A stretch of 63,973 bases of DNA, filler included, from an uncultured bacterium (GTDB lineage Bacteria > CAYJRR01), in the NCBI GenBank assembly GCA_964372275.1. It is 3 parts of 3 records of this genome, joined end to end, with 100 filler letters (N's around TTAATTAATTAA, not from the genome) between each part and the next. Parts side by side here need not be neighbours in the genome. Positions count along the whole stretch, not along the records: positions 24,608 to 48,866 come from CAYJRR010000072.1; positions 48,967 to 63,973 come from CAYJRR010000110.1; 1 more part is not named here. One strand, given 5' to 3'. The notes under the pieces were generated by a model. The model was given only the letters and a program-made list of their open reading frames with translations. It did no database searches and was not told the origin of the DNA. The translations under genes were made by a program, and so were the position numbers. This document shows, piece after piece, positions 39,388-49,588 of this stretch (position 1 is its first letter; the number at the start of each line of letters is the position of its first letter).

Positions 39388-40032
39388 ATGTCGCGCTGGC
39401 CTCTCCTCGCCGGCGTCCTGATCCTCGTCGGCGTCGCCGCGCTCGTCGCCACGATCCGGTCGACTCGACTCCGACCGGATCGGATCGGAGACGGCGACGG
39501 TACCCGACCGGATCGGACCGGATCGGAACCGACCCCTCCCGCCTTCACCGGCCGCCCGGTGCTCCTGTTCTTCGCCGATCCTTCCGGGGCGGGTCTGGTC
39601 GCGATACGCGGCGAGGTTCCGTCCGATCCGGACCCGGCCCGCGAGGCCGCCGCCGCCATCGCGGCCGTCGCCGCCGGTCCCGCCGCCGCGCCGAACGCGC
39701 CGATCGCCACCGTGCCTCCGGAGACGGCGGTGCGTTCCCTTTTCTTCGACGGGCGCGGAACGGCGGTGATCGACCTCGGCGGAATCGCGGGACTGCGGGA
39801 GGGGCTCGACCACGAGCTGCTCGCCGTCTGGTCGGTGGTGAACACGCTCGCCTTCAACTTCCCCGCGCAGGCCCGCCGCGTGCGGGTCCTGATCGACGGA
39901 CAGGAGGTCGAGACGTTGCGCGGGCACGTGCTCTTGACCGAGCCGCTCTCCCCGCGCCGCGATCTGGTCCGCGGGGAGCTCCCCTCGCTCGCCGCGTCGG
40001 CGACGCCCGCGCCGGAGACCGGTCCGGAATGA
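39388..40032 (+). CDS. GerMN domain protein
   Basis: TM anchor, LFFAD, SVVNTL, VRVLIDGQEVETLRGH; alternative GTG start at 39370. Confidence 0.85.
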   Translation: MSRWPLLAGVLILVGVAALVATIRSTRLRPDRIGDGDGTRPDRTGSEPTPPAFTGRPVLLFFADPSGAGLVAIRGEVPSDPDPAREAAAAIAAVAAGPAAAPNAPIATVPPETAVRSLFFDGRGTAVIDLGGIAGLREGLDHELLAVWSVVNTLAFNFPAQARRVRVLIDGQEVETLRGHVLLTEPLSPRRDLVRGELPSLAASATPAPETGPE

Positions 40033-40907
40033 CCTCGCCCGGGACGCAGCGGCTCGCCGCGCGACTCCACTCCGGCGAGCCGGTGACCTGCGACGGCGGC
40101 ACGGGCGCCGAGCTCCGCCGCCGCGGTTGGACGGGCGTCCCGGAACGGGCGGTCGCCGATCGCCCCGACGTCGTGCGCGAGGTGCACCGCGCCTTTCTCG
40201 AGGCCGGGGCCGATCTCCTCGTCGCCAACACCTTCGGCGCCGCGCGCGCCGTCGCGGAAGCCTCGCTCGCCGCGGATTCGCTGTCGCTCGCCCGCCAGGC
40301 GGTCCTCCTCGCGCGCGAGGTGTGCGACGCGGCCGGGCGGGAGGCGTTCGTCGTCGCCAGTCTCGGTCCGCTGGGCGATGCGGCACGCAGCCGGGCCGAA
40401 CGCCGCGACGCCTATCGAGCCGTCGTCGGCGCCTGCCTCGACGCGGAGCCCGACGGCCTGTTCGTCGAGACGATGACCGAAATCGCCGACGCCGACCTCG
40501 CCCTTGAGGCGGCGCGCGAGCGCTTCGACGGCCCGGTCGCCGTCACCTTCGCGTTCGATGCCCGCGGCGTCGGATACGGCGGACTCACCCTCGACCGGGT
40601 CGCGGACTGGGCGCGCCGCGCGAAGCCGTCGGCGGTCGGCTTCAACTGCGGAGCCGGCACCCGCTCGGTGCTTTCGGCCGGTAGGCGGCTGGTGGAGGCG
40701 ATGACCTTCACGCCGCTCTCGCTTCGACCGTCCGGCGGCGATCCCGAGGGCCCCGCGGATCGCCCTCGGTGGCCGGAGACGCCGTTCGACTTCTTCGAGT
40801 TCGGCCGCAAGGCGCGCGACCTCGGCTGCCGCCTGATCGGCGGCTGCTGCGGCGCCTCCCCGGCGCACGTCACCGCGCTACGCGCCGGTGTCGCGAGTCC
40901 GCTATAG
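40029..40907 (+). CDS. Homocysteine S-methyltransferase family protein (stand-alone)
   Basis: DGGTG, AGAD..ANTFGA, ETM, GFNC, IGGCCG zinc ligands. Confidence 0.88.
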   Translation: MTSPGTQRLAARLHSGEPVTCDGGTGAELRRRGWTGVPERAVADRPDVVREVHRAFLEAGADLLVANTFGAARAVAEASLAADSLSLARQAVLLAREVCDAAGREAFVVASLGPLGDAARSRAERRDAYRAVVGACLDAEPDGLFVETMTEIADADLALEAARERFDGPVAVTFAFDARGVGYGGLTLDRVADWARRAKPSAVGFNCGAGTRSVLSAGRRLVEAMTFTPLSLRPSGGDPEGPADRPRWPETPFDFFEFGRKARDLGCRLIGGCCGASPAHVTALRAGVASPL

Positions 40908-40923
40908 TTTTCGGATACCGGTC

Positions 40924-41325
40924 ATGGTCCAGGGGTTCAACCACAACGTCCGGATCGGCGACACCGTCTACCACGTCCAGACGGAGGACTCCGGTCGGGA
41001 GAATCCACACATCGTCACCCACGTCTTCGTGGGCGGGACGATCATCGCGTCGCAACGGTCCTCCTACGCCGACCGGCTCGGCGAGGGTCGGCTCGAGGAG
41101 ACCGTCCGCGCCCTGATGCAGGAGCAACACAAGGCGGTCCTGCGCAACCTGAAGAACGGCCACTACGCCGCCTCGTCGGCGCCCCCCGCGGCCTCGCGCG
41201 CCGCCGCGGCTGCGGCGCCGTCGCCGGCGTTACCCGCCGCCGTCGAGCCGGCCGCCGGAAAGGCAGCCGGCGAGCGATCCCTCGAGCAGATCCTCCTCTC
41301 TTATTTCGACGACGACGAGACGTAG
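40924..41325 (+). CDS. Hypothetical protein
   Basis: GFNHNV..YHVQTEDSG..PHIVTHVF.GG..MQEQHK, a pattern I recall from myxobacterial proteins. Confidence 0.75.
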   Translation: MVQGFNHNVRIGDTVYHVQTEDSGRENPHIVTHVFVGGTIIASQRSSYADRLGEGRLEETVRALMQEQHKAVLRNLKNGHYAASSAPPAASRAAAAAAPSPALPAAVEPAAGKAAGERSLEQILLSYFDDDET

Positions 41326-41340
41326 GAGCGACGGTCACCG

Positions 41341-42042
41341 GTGATCCAGTTTTTCCACGTCCACAAGGCCTACCAGAAGGACTCGCCGGCGCTCACCGAC
41401 ATCAACCTCGACGTCGACAAGGGGGAGTTCGTCTTCCTGACCGGCGCGTCCGGGGCCGGGAAGACGACGCTCCTCAAACTGATCTTCGCGCAGGAGTTCG
41501 CCACCAAGGGACAGATCCTCATCCAGGGGCGAAACATCGCCCGGATCCGCCCGTCGGCGATCCCCTACCTGCGCCGGAACATCGGCGTCGTCTTCCAGGA
41601 CTTCAAGCTCCTCCCGACGCGGACGGTCCTGGAGAACGTGGCCTTCGCGTTGGAGGTGGTCGGGGAGCGCCCGCGGGAGATAAGGCGGCGCGCCTTCGCG
41701 GTGCTCAAGGCGCTCGGCCTCCAGCACAAGATCCACAGCCTCCCGCCGCGCCAGCCCGGCGGGGCACACCAGCCGGTGGCGACCGCCCGCGCGACCGTCA
41801 ACGACCCGGCGCTGCTGCTCGCCGACGAGCCCACGGGGAACGTCGACCCGGAGATGGCGATGGACATCATGCGCATCCTGAACGAGATCAACGCCCGCGG
41901 CACGACGGTCATCGTCGCCACGCACGACACGGCGATCCTGAGCCGCTTCCACTACCGCCGGCTGGTGCTCGACCATGGGCGGCTGATCTCCGACGGTGGC
42001 GTCACACCCGGCGATCTCCCGCGGGAGGACGCCGCGCCGTAG
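41341..42042 (+). CDS. ftsE: Cell division ATP-binding protein FtsE (signature region aberrant)
   Basis: GASGAGKTT, IGVVFQDFKLL, LLADEPTGN, ATHD; followed by ftsX. Confidence 0.9.
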   Translation: MIQFFHVHKAYQKDSPALTDINLDVDKGEFVFLTGASGAGKTTLLKLIFAQEFATKGQILIQGRNIARIRPSAIPYLRRNIGVVFQDFKLLPTRTVLENVAFALEVVGERPREIRRRAFAVLKALGLQHKIHSLPPRQPGGAHQPVATARATVNDPALLLADEPTGNVDPEMAMDIMRILNEINARGTTVIVATHDTAILSRFHYRRLVLDHGRLISDGGVTPGDLPREDAAP

Positions 42043-42066
42043 GTCTTCGAGCGCGGCCGCCACCCC

Positions 42067-42975
42067 ATGTACCTCCTCCGACGCGCCATCTACTTCCTCC
42101 GCAAGGCGCTCGGCAGCGTCCGCGAGAACCCGTTCCTGAACGCCGTCACCGTCGCGACGATCGCCATCGCCATGACGCTCCTCGGCGGATTCCTGCTCGC
42201 CTTCCTGAACCTGCGCGCCGTCGTCGACCGCCTGGGGAGCGACGTCGAAATCTCGGCCTACTTCGCCGACGGCGCCCCGCCCGCCGCCGTCGCCCGGCTG
42301 ACGGAGACGCTCTCCGACCGCGAGGAGATCTCGCAAACGGTCTTCGTCTCCAGGGAGGAGGCGCTGGAGACGTTCAAGCGCCAGAACCCCGAGGACGTCC
42401 CGCTCCTCGACGAGTTGGGGGAGAACCCCTTCCCCGCGTCGATTCAGGTCCGCCTGGCAAGGGACCACCGCGACGCCGAAACGGTCGCGCGGCTCGCCGC
42501 CGACCTGGCGGCGGAGTCGATCGTGGCGGAGGTCGAGTACGGCCAGGAGTGGATCGGCCGATTCACCTCCTTTCTCGGTCTGGTGCGGGCCGCCGGCCTC
42601 CTGCTGGCGGCGATGATCGTGCTGGCGGTGGTCTTCGTCGTCTCCAACACCATACGCCTGGCGATCTTCGCCCGGCGCGACGAGCTCGAGATCATGCGCC
42701 TGGTCGGCGCCACCGACCGGTTCATCCGCGGTCCGTACCTCCTCGAGGGGATCTTCCAGGGCGGCGCGGGGACCGCCGTCGCGCTCGTCGCCTTGTGGCT
42801 CCTCTGGCGCTCCTCGGGGGCCGAGTCGGTGGCGTCGATCGCCCCCTTCCTCGGATCGTCGCGGCTCCTCTTCTTCTCCCCGCGGGAGGTGGCGCTGCTG
42901 GTGGCGGGGGGGATGGGCCTCGGGCTGGTGGGCAGCTACTTCGCCATGGGCCGTTTCCTCCGGAGCACCCGATGA
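42067..42975 (+). CDS. ftsX: Cell division permease FtsX
   Basis: ENPFPAS, SNTIRLAIFARRDELEIMRLVGAT, PYLLEG. Confidence 0.92.
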   Translation: MYLLRRAIYFLRKALGSVRENPFLNAVTVATIAIAMTLLGGFLLAFLNLRAVVDRLGSDVEISAYFADGAPPAAVARLTETLSDREEISQTVFVSREEALETFKRQNPEDVPLLDELGENPFPASIQVRLARDHRDAETVARLAADLAAESIVAEVEYGQEWIGRFTSFLGLVRAAGLLLAAMIVLAVVFVVSNTIRLAIFARRDELEIMRLVGATDRFIRGPYLLEGIFQGGAGTAVALVALWLLWRSSGAESVASIAPFLGSSRLLFFSPREVALLVAGGMGLGLVGSYFAMGRFLRSTR

Positions 42976-44090
42976 GGACGCTCGTCCTGCTGGGACTGGC
43001 CACCGCGCTCTCCCCGACGGCCTTCGCCGCGACGCTCGACGAGACGCGGGCGCGCCTGGCCGAGATCGAGCGGAAGATCGACGGCGCCGCGGAGCGCGAG
43101 ACGGCGTTGCTCGCGGCGCTCGACGAGATCGGCCGCGAGGTCGCCGGCCGCGCGGAGGAGATCGAGTCGATCCGCGCCGAGATGGAGCAGGCGCGTGCAC
43201 GCTCCGAGGAGGACCGGCGGACGATCGCGCGCCTCTCGGCCCGGAGCGCCTCCAAGAAGGGCTGGCTCGCCGACCGGCTGCGCGCCACCTACATCCGCGG
43301 ACGCCCCGGCTACCTGAAGGTTCTGTTCGCCTCCGCCTCCTACGCCGATCTGGTGCGCCGCTCGAAGCGGATGCGGATCGTCGCCCGGCGCGATGCGGCG
43401 CTCCTCGCGGAGCTGACCCGTGATCTGGCGGAGGTGACGCGGCGGCAGGCCGACTACGACCGCGACGTGGCGCTCCTGGCCGAGCTGGAGCGGGAGGTCC
43501 GCACCAAGAGCGAGAAGCTGTCGATCGAGCGCGCGTTGCGCGCGAAGCTGCTCGCGCAGGTGAAGGGGGAGCGCGCCGGATTCGAGAAGGTCCGCGACCA
43601 GCTGCAGGCGGCGGAGGCGGCGCTGACGGCGAGGATCGTCCGCTCGGCGAGCAGCCGCCCGCCGCCGCCGCCCGTCTCCCGTCCCTTCGCCGAGGCGAAA
43701 GGGAGGCTCGGCAGCCCGGTCCGGGGGGCCGCGGTGAAGCTCGGCTTCGGCCCCTATCGCCACCCCAAGCTCGGCCTGCCGATGCTCCACCAGGGGATCT
43801 CCTACGCCACCCCGATCGGCAGCGAGGTGCGCTCGCTCTACGACGGGAGGGTGGAGATGGCGCGCTGGTTCGCGTCGTTCGGCCAGGTGCTGGTGATCGA
43901 CCACGGCGACGGCTGGCGCTCGCTCTACGCCCACCTCGCGCGGATGCTCAAGAAGGAGGGGGAGGCGGTGCGGGAGGGGGACCTGATCGCGACCTCGGGC
44001 GACACCGGAAGCCTGGAGGGCCCGCGCCTCTACTTCGCCATCTTCCGCGAAGGAAAACCGGTCGACCCCGCCGAATGGCTCGCGCCGTAG
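42972..44090 (+). CDS. envC: Murein hydrolase activator EnvC (coiled coil + M23/LytM)
   Basis: Signal peptide, long coiled coil, HQGISY, IDHG, YAHL, LYFAI, PVDP. Confidence 0.85.
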   Translation: MRTLVLLGLATALSPTAFAATLDETRARLAEIERKIDGAAERETALLAALDEIGREVAGRAEEIESIRAEMEQARARSEEDRRTIARLSARSASKKGWLADRLRATYIRGRPGYLKVLFASASYADLVRRSKRMRIVARRDAALLAELTRDLAEVTRRQADYDRDVALLAELEREVRTKSEKLSIERALRAKLLAQVKGERAGFEKVRDQLQAAEAALTARIVRSASSRPPPPPVSRPFAEAKGRLGSPVRGAAVKLGFGPYRHPKLGLPMLHQGISYATPIGSEVRSLYDGRVEMARWFASFGQVLVIDHGDGWRSLYAHLARMLKKEGEAVREGDLIATSGDTGSLEGPRLYFAIFREGKPVDPAEWLAP

Positions 44091-44106
44091 GGGCTCGGGG
44101 AGCCCC
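44090..44106. terminator. GC-rich hairpin between convergent genes
   Basis: GGGGCTC-GGG-GAGCCCC; no U-tract. Confidence 0.35.
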
Positions 44107-44132
44107 CCGAGGAAGCCCCAAGGGCGAACCGG

Positions 44133-45686
44133 TTAGCGCGGCTCGAACTTCACCGCGTCGGCGATGGCGTAGGCCCCCTCGGGACCGGAGGCGTGGAGCC
44201 TCACCCGCACCGTCGGACCGGGCGCCATCGCGAAGGTGCCCAACGAGACCCAGACCCCACCGTTCTGCCGCTGGTCGACGAGGAAGGCGGTCTCGCCGCC
44301 GGCGTGCGACACCGTGTAGCGGGCCTGCGGCGTCCGGTTGATGTCGGCGGAGAAGCGCACGTACACCTCGTAGCTCCGCGCCTCCAGCTCCGCCGACCAG
44401 ATGGCGGGGTCGTTCGCGCCGGTCGTCTCGGCGACGCGGTACCCGGAGCCGAAGTAGCCGCTCACGTTCGTCGACTCCCACCAGGCGCCCGACGCGGCGA
44501 ACGCGGCCGACGCGTCGTCGACGACGATCGCGCCGGGAAACGCCCCGGTCCCCGCCGCATCCCGCTTCGCGCGGGCGAGCTGTAGGATCTGCGATTTCCG
44601 CTCCAGCGTCCGCGTCCCGGGGCAGTCGGTGCTCGCCCCCGGCCACTGGCGGTGCCCACGGACCCGATCGCCGTCGAGCACGATGCCGAATTCGCGCGCG
44701 TAGTGCGCCATCGCCGCGGCCAGCCCGTCGATCTGCGCCTCGGACGGCGCCGCCGAGGCGTAGCTCCCCAGGAGGGCGATCCCCAGGTTTCCGGGATTGT
44801 CGGCCTCCACGTGGGCGCCGGTGCGGTTGGCGGTCGACCCCCCCCGATAAAATAAGCCGTCGGCGTCGACCGCCAGGTGGTAGCCGATGTCGCACCAGCC
44901 GTGGGCGTCGATGTGGTACGACTGCACCTGTCGCATCCGCGCCCGCGCCGCCGCGCCGCGCTCGCCGTTCGGGGTGTCGGTGTGGTGGAACGTCATCCGG
45001 TAGGGATCGTGCGGGTCCCCCTGGCAGACCGCCGCACGCGCCCCCCACGTCGAGCGCTCGGCGATCGGGAGCACGCTGTCGCTCGCCGGGACGGGGCCCG
45101 CCGGCGAGCCGGTTTCGGCGATCTCGGCCCGATCGAACAGCTCGACCGTGAGCGCGGTGAAGACCGGCGACGGAGAGCCTTCCGCCCGTACCATCTTCAC
45201 CCGCGACCAGACCCGTCCGGTCGCCGGCAGGTCGAGGTGGCCGCCGAACAGCGTGGTGTCGAGCTCGGGGACGTACTCCTCGCGGTCGACCTGAACCGTT
45301 TTCCAGTCGGCGTCCCCCTCGGCGCGGACCTGCACCGCCGTCAGCCCCCCGAACGTCCGCGCGTCCCAGCGGACGCCGACGCGCGTGGCCGGCCGGTCCG
45401 GCGTCAGGTCGCGAAGATCGAACGCACGGTCGGCCTCGCTCGCCGGCAGGACGAATCCGGCGAGCGCCTCGGTCGAGTAGGTGAGCGCGGTGATCCCGTT
45501 CTCGCGGGAGACGCGGATCCCGTCCGACCGAGGATCGGTGTCGCAACCGGAGAGGCTCACGGCGGCAAGCAGAAGGATCCGGAAGACTCGGATTCGGGGA
45601 TGATGCACGGGCGCGGCATCTCGCAACCCCCGTGCCTCGGCGGAAAGCCGCCGGCGGAGCGCCAACCCGGCGAGATGCGACGACAT
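44133..45686 (-). CDS. PGRP-like N-acetylmuramoyl-L-alanine amidase (Amidase_2) with golvesin-like C-terminal domain; start may be 45608
   Basis: LSGC lipobox; [43 protein letters not shown]...ADAVKF. Confidence 0.85.
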   Translation of the reverse strand: MSSHLAGLALRRRLSAEARGLRDAAPVHHPRIRVFRILLLAAVSLSGCDTDPRSDGIRVSRENGITALTYSTEALAGFVLPASEADRAFDLRDLTPDRPATRVGVRWDARTFGGLTAVQVRAEGDADWKTVQVDREEYVPELDTTLFGGHLDLPATGRVWSRVKMVRAEGSPSPVFTALTVELFDRAEIAETGSPAGPVPASDSVLPIAERSTWGARAAVCQGDPHDPYRMTFHHTDTPNGERGAAARARMRQVQSYHIDAHGWCDIGYHLAVDADGLFYRGGSTANRTGAHVEADNPGNLGIALLGSYASAAPSEAQIDGLAAAMAHYAREFGIVLDGDRVRGHRQWPGASTDCPGTRTLERKSQILQLARAKRDAAGTGAFPGAIVVDDASAAFAASGAWWESTNVSGYFGSGYRVAETTGANDPAIWSAELEARSYEVYVRFSADINRTPQARYTVSHAGGETAFLVDQRQNGGVWVSLGTFAMAPGPTVRVRLHASGPEGAYAIADAVKFEPR

Positions 45687-45767
45687 CGAACGAATCCGCG
45701 TCGCGCGCGCCGCCGCCGGCCTGCGAATCGTGCGTCACAGTTGGGACGGCGAGGAATCACCAAACGT

Positions 45768-47294
45768 TCACGATCGCGGCTCGAGCTTCACCGCGTCGGC
45801 CGCGACGTAGCTGCCGCTCGCCGTCCAGCAGGAGAGGCCGACCCGGGGGAGGTCCCCGGCCACGAACGGATAGGTCCCCAGGCTCACCCACCGGCCGCCG
45901 TTCACACGCTGGTCGACCGTCCGTTGGGCGGTGCCGTCCCGGTGGTAGACGAAAAAGGGGGCCGCCGACGCGCGGTTGGAGCCTTGTGAGTACCAGACGA
46001 AGACCTCGTAGTGGCGAGCCTCGAGAGGCGCGTTCCAGGTCGCCGGGTCGCTCACGCCGTCGGTCTCCCGCACCTCGTAGTCGACCCCGTAGCGGTCGGG
46101 CTGGGAGGTCGAGACCCACCAGTTCGGCGAGGCGGAGAACCCGGCCGACCGGTTGTCGACGATCACCGTCCCGGCGGGGGGGGGCGGCGGTGTCGTCGAC
46201 CCGCCGAGTTTTTGGGCGATCGACTGCAGGATCGTCCCCTTCCGCTCGATCACCGTGGCGCCCGGACAGCCCGTCGATTGGCCCGGCCATTCGCGGTGGC
46301 CGCGCACGTGCGCGCCGTCGGCGGCGATCCCCCACGCGTCGGCGAGCCAGGCCAGCGCGGTGGTCAGTCCGTCGAGAACGGCGGCGGGGGGCGTCATCGC
46401 GTCGTAGGTCCCCAGCAGCGAGACGCCGATGTTGCCGCCGTTCTGCCCTCCGACGTGGCTCGCCGATCGCGCCTCGGTGGTGCGTCCCCGGTAGATCTGC
46501 CCGGCGGCGTCGACGACGAGGTGGTAGCCGATGTCGCACCACCCCCGTCCGTCCTGGTGGAAGGCCTGCATCTGCCGCATGCGGCTCTTCGCCGCGTTCC
46601 CGGTCTCGCCGTTCGGGGTGACGGTGTGGTGGAAGGTCATGCGATAGGGATCGTGCATCGCGCCGTTGCAGCGCGGCGCCCGCGCCCCCCACGCCGATCG
46701 CGAGACGATCGACGGCGCCGGAACGAGCGACGCCCCCTCCCCCCCCGCCGGTTCGCCGATCTCCTCGACCTCGGCGAGGACGAACGCTTCCAGGGTGAGC
46801 GCCCGCGGCTCGGGGGACATGGCGTCGGGATCGCGGGTGAGGTGGAGCCGTGCGCGAAGCCGCCCCGCGAATCCCGGTCCCGGAAGGTCGACGTGGCCGC
46901 TGTAGAGCGTGACCCCGCTCTCGGCGACGAACTCGGCGAAGTCGACGGCGACGGCGCGCCAGCCGCCCGGAGCCCCGTTCGCGAGGATCTCCACGCGCGT
47001 GTCGCCGCCCGCCTCCAGCACCTCCCAGCGAAGCGCCACCCGGTCGAACGGGCGAGAGACGTCGATCTCCGGCAGCTCGAAGCGACCCTCCGACTCCCCC
47101 GGCTCGAGCGCGATCCGCCGCAGCGCGGCCGGCTCGGCGTGGAAGGCGACGATCCCGTCCTCCTCCAGCCGCTCGAACCCGGGCTCCGCGGCGCCGGGAC
47201 CGCACGACGAGGCCCCGAGGAAAAGCGCCAGCGGCAGCGGCGCGCGCCGTGTCGACCACACGCGCAGCGTCCAACGCGTTCGATCCAATCGCAT
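45768..47294 (-). CDS. Paralogous PGRP-like amidase with golvesin-like C-terminal domain
   Basis: ASSC lipobox-like; [40 protein letters not shown]...ADAVKL. Confidence 0.85.
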   Translation of the reverse strand: MRLDRTRWTLRVWSTRRAPLPLALFLGASSCGPGAAEPGFERLEEDGIVAFHAEPAALRRIALEPGESEGRFELPEIDVSRPFDRVALRWEVLEAGGDTRVEILANGAPGGWRAVAVDFAEFVAESGVTLYSGHVDLPGPGFAGRLRARLHLTRDPDAMSPEPRALTLEAFVLAEVEEIGEPAGGEGASLVPAPSIVSRSAWGARAPRCNGAMHDPYRMTFHHTVTPNGETGNAAKSRMRQMQAFHQDGRGWCDIGYHLVVDAAGQIYRGRTTEARSASHVGGQNGGNIGVSLLGTYDAMTPPAAVLDGLTTALAWLADAWGIAADGAHVRGHREWPGQSTGCPGATVIERKGTILQSIAQKLGGSTTPPPPPAGTVIVDNRSAGFSASPNWWVSTSQPDRYGVDYEVRETDGVSDPATWNAPLEARHYEVFVWYSQGSNRASAAPFFVYHRDGTAQRTVDQRVNGGRWVSLGTYPFVAGDLPRVGLSCWTASGSYVAADAVKLEPRS

Positions 47295-47341
47295 CGTCGT
47301 TCCCCCGGACGGCGTCACGCCACCGTCCGACGGAGGAGAAC

Positions 47342-47356
47342 GCAATCGAAGTGCCA
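47342..47356 (-). promoter_or_regulatory. Sigma-54 promoter upstream of the amidase pair
   Basis: Minus strand TGGCAC-TTCGA-TTGC, exact -24/-12 consensus, 47 nt before ATG 47294. Confidence 0.65.
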
Positions 47357-47531
47357 CGGCTCCCGGCGTGGCGCGATTCGGCGAAAGACGTCGACGCTTC
47401 GCGCCCCTGATCCGACGTGTCGACGAGGTCGCGTAGGCCGACGCGAACGCGCGATCGTCACCGCGCGTATCGCTCTCCGTGCGCCTCCGTCACTCTTGAC
47501 CTTCCCCGCGGCCGGGTGGATACCCCCGCCG

Positions 47532-48866
47532 ATGAGCACGACGGTTTCGCGGACGGTGCGCGCCCCCCGGGGATCCGAGCGCCGCTGCAAGGGTTGGGTG
47601 CAGGAAGCGGCGTTGCGGATGCTGATGAACAACCTCGACCCGGAGGTGGCGGAGCGCCCGGCCGATCTGGTCGTCTACGGCGGCTCCGGCAAGGCGGCGC
47701 GCAACTGGGAGGCGTTCGATCGGATCGTCGCCGCGCTCGAGCGTCTGGAGAACGACGAGACGCTCTTGGTGCAGAGCGGAAAGCCGGTCGGCGTCGTGGC
47801 CTCCCATCCCGACGCGCCGCGGGTGCTGATCGCCAACTCGAACCTCGTTCCGAAGTGGGCCACCTGGGAGGAGTTCCGCGCCCTGGAGGCGCGCGGGCTG
47901 ATCATGTTCGGCCAGATGACGGCCGGCTCCTGGATCTACATCGGGACGCAGGGGATCCTGCAGGGGACCTACGAGACGTTCGCCGCCGCCGCCCGCAAGC
48001 ATTTCGGACCCGACGCCGACCTGACGGGCCGCCTGGTGCTGACGGCGGGTCTCGGCGGGATGGGCGGTGCGCAGCCGTTGGCGGTCACGATGAACGGCGG
48101 GGTTTGCATCGCGGTGGAGGTCGATCCGGCGCGCATCGGTCGCCGCGTCCAACAGGGTTACTGCGACACGATCGCCTACGACCTGGAGAACGCGATCGAG
48201 CAGGCGCTGGAGGCCAAGCAGCGGGGGAAGTCGATCTCGATCGGCCTCCTCGGCAACGCCGCCGACGTCTTCCCCGCCTTCCTGGAGATGGGGCTCTGTC
48301 CCGACCTCGTCACCGACCAGACCTCGGCCCACGACCTCCTGCACGGCTACGTCCCCCGCGGGCTGACGGTGGAGGAGGCGGCGCGCCTTCGCGAGCGCGA
48401 CCCCGGCGACTACCAGAAGCGGGCGCTGGAGTCGGTCGTGCGCCACGTGCAGGCGATGGTCGGTCTGGCGAAGGCCGGCAGCCACGTGTTCGACTACGGG
48501 AACAACATCCGCGCGCAGGCGAAGAGCGGCGGATACGAGGAGGCGTTCCGCTTCCCCGGCTTCGTCCCCGCCTACATCCGACCCCAGTTCTGCGAGGGGC
48601 GCGGGCCGTTCCGCTGGGTGGCGCTCTCCGGCGATCCGAACGACATCGCCACCACCGACCGGGAGCTCGCGGCCCTGTTTCCCGGCGACAAGGCGCTCCA
48701 CCGGTGGCTGGCGCTCGCCGGCGAGAAGGTGAAGTTCCAGGGGCTGCCGGCACGCATCTGCTGGCTGGGTTACGGCGAGCGCCACACAGCGGGGCTCCTG
48801 TTCAACGACCTGGTGGCGCGCGGGAAGGTGAAGGCGCCGATCGTGATCGGCCGCGACCATCTCGAC
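47532..48866 (+). CDS. hutU: Urocanate hydratase (3' end lost at contig edge)
   Basis: [49 protein letters not shown]. Confidence 0.96.
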
Positions 48867-48966
48867 NNNNNNNNNNNNNNNNNNNNNNNNNNNNNNNNNN
48901 NNNNNNNNNNTTAATTAATTAANNNNNNNNNNNNNNNNNNNNNNNNNNNNNNNNNNNNNNNNNNNN
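48867..48966. other. Artificial contig linker
   Basis: N run, TTAATTAATTAA, N run. Confidence 0.98.
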
Positions 48967-49177
48967 CTCGCCGCAGTGGGCTGCACCGGCGACGTCGCGC
49001 CCCCGGCGGCCGTCCCGCCGGGTCGTCCCCCCGCCCGAGACGCGACCCGAGGAGCGGCCTCCGCCGGTCCACTGACGCGCCGCGCCGTCGAAGCCTCGTG
49101 GCCCCTCGCGATCGATCGCGGGGGGCCGGGCTCTTGCGGTACCATCGTCGGGTTTTCATCCACCGGGGGGGACGACC

Positions 49178-49588
49178 ATGGGACTGGCAGAGCGGCGCGC
49201 GGCGAAGGAGTTCGAGACGAACCAGTTTCCGGGCTTCGCGAAGCGGATCGCGGAGGCGGCCACCTTCGACATCCCGATCGACGTCCAGTGGGAGTCGCTG
49301 GCGGCGGACGGGATGGCCCATCTCTACGCGGAGGCGTGGCCGAAGGTCTATTTCGAGCCGTTGATCGCGGCGCTCACGTCGATCTGCGCCGACTCCATGG
49401 GACGCGACGCGCTCAAGGGGGCCGTGAAACGGATCGTCATCCGCAACACCGCGGGGATCTACAGCGGCGAACGGATGCCGGCGTTGGAGGCGGGGGTCCT
49501 CACGCTCGATCACGAGCCGTGCAGCAACGTCGACGACGTCGACGAGCGAACCCGGGCGATCACCCAGCATCTCGAGGGGAAGCTTTGA
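49178..49588 (+). CDS. Hypothetical protein
   Basis: GGGGGA RBS, normal composition. Confidence 0.8.
   Translation: MGLAERRAAKEFETNQFPGFAKRIAEAATFDIPIDVQWESLAADGMAHLYAEAWPKVYFEPLIAALTSICADSMGRDALKGAVKRIVIRNTAGIYSGERMPALEAGVLTLDHEPCSNVDDVDERTRAITQHLEGKL

Noticed and set aside
41746-41796. Diversity-generating retroelement target in ftsE
   Set aside because: No reverse transcriptase or template repeat; changes are not adenine-specific.
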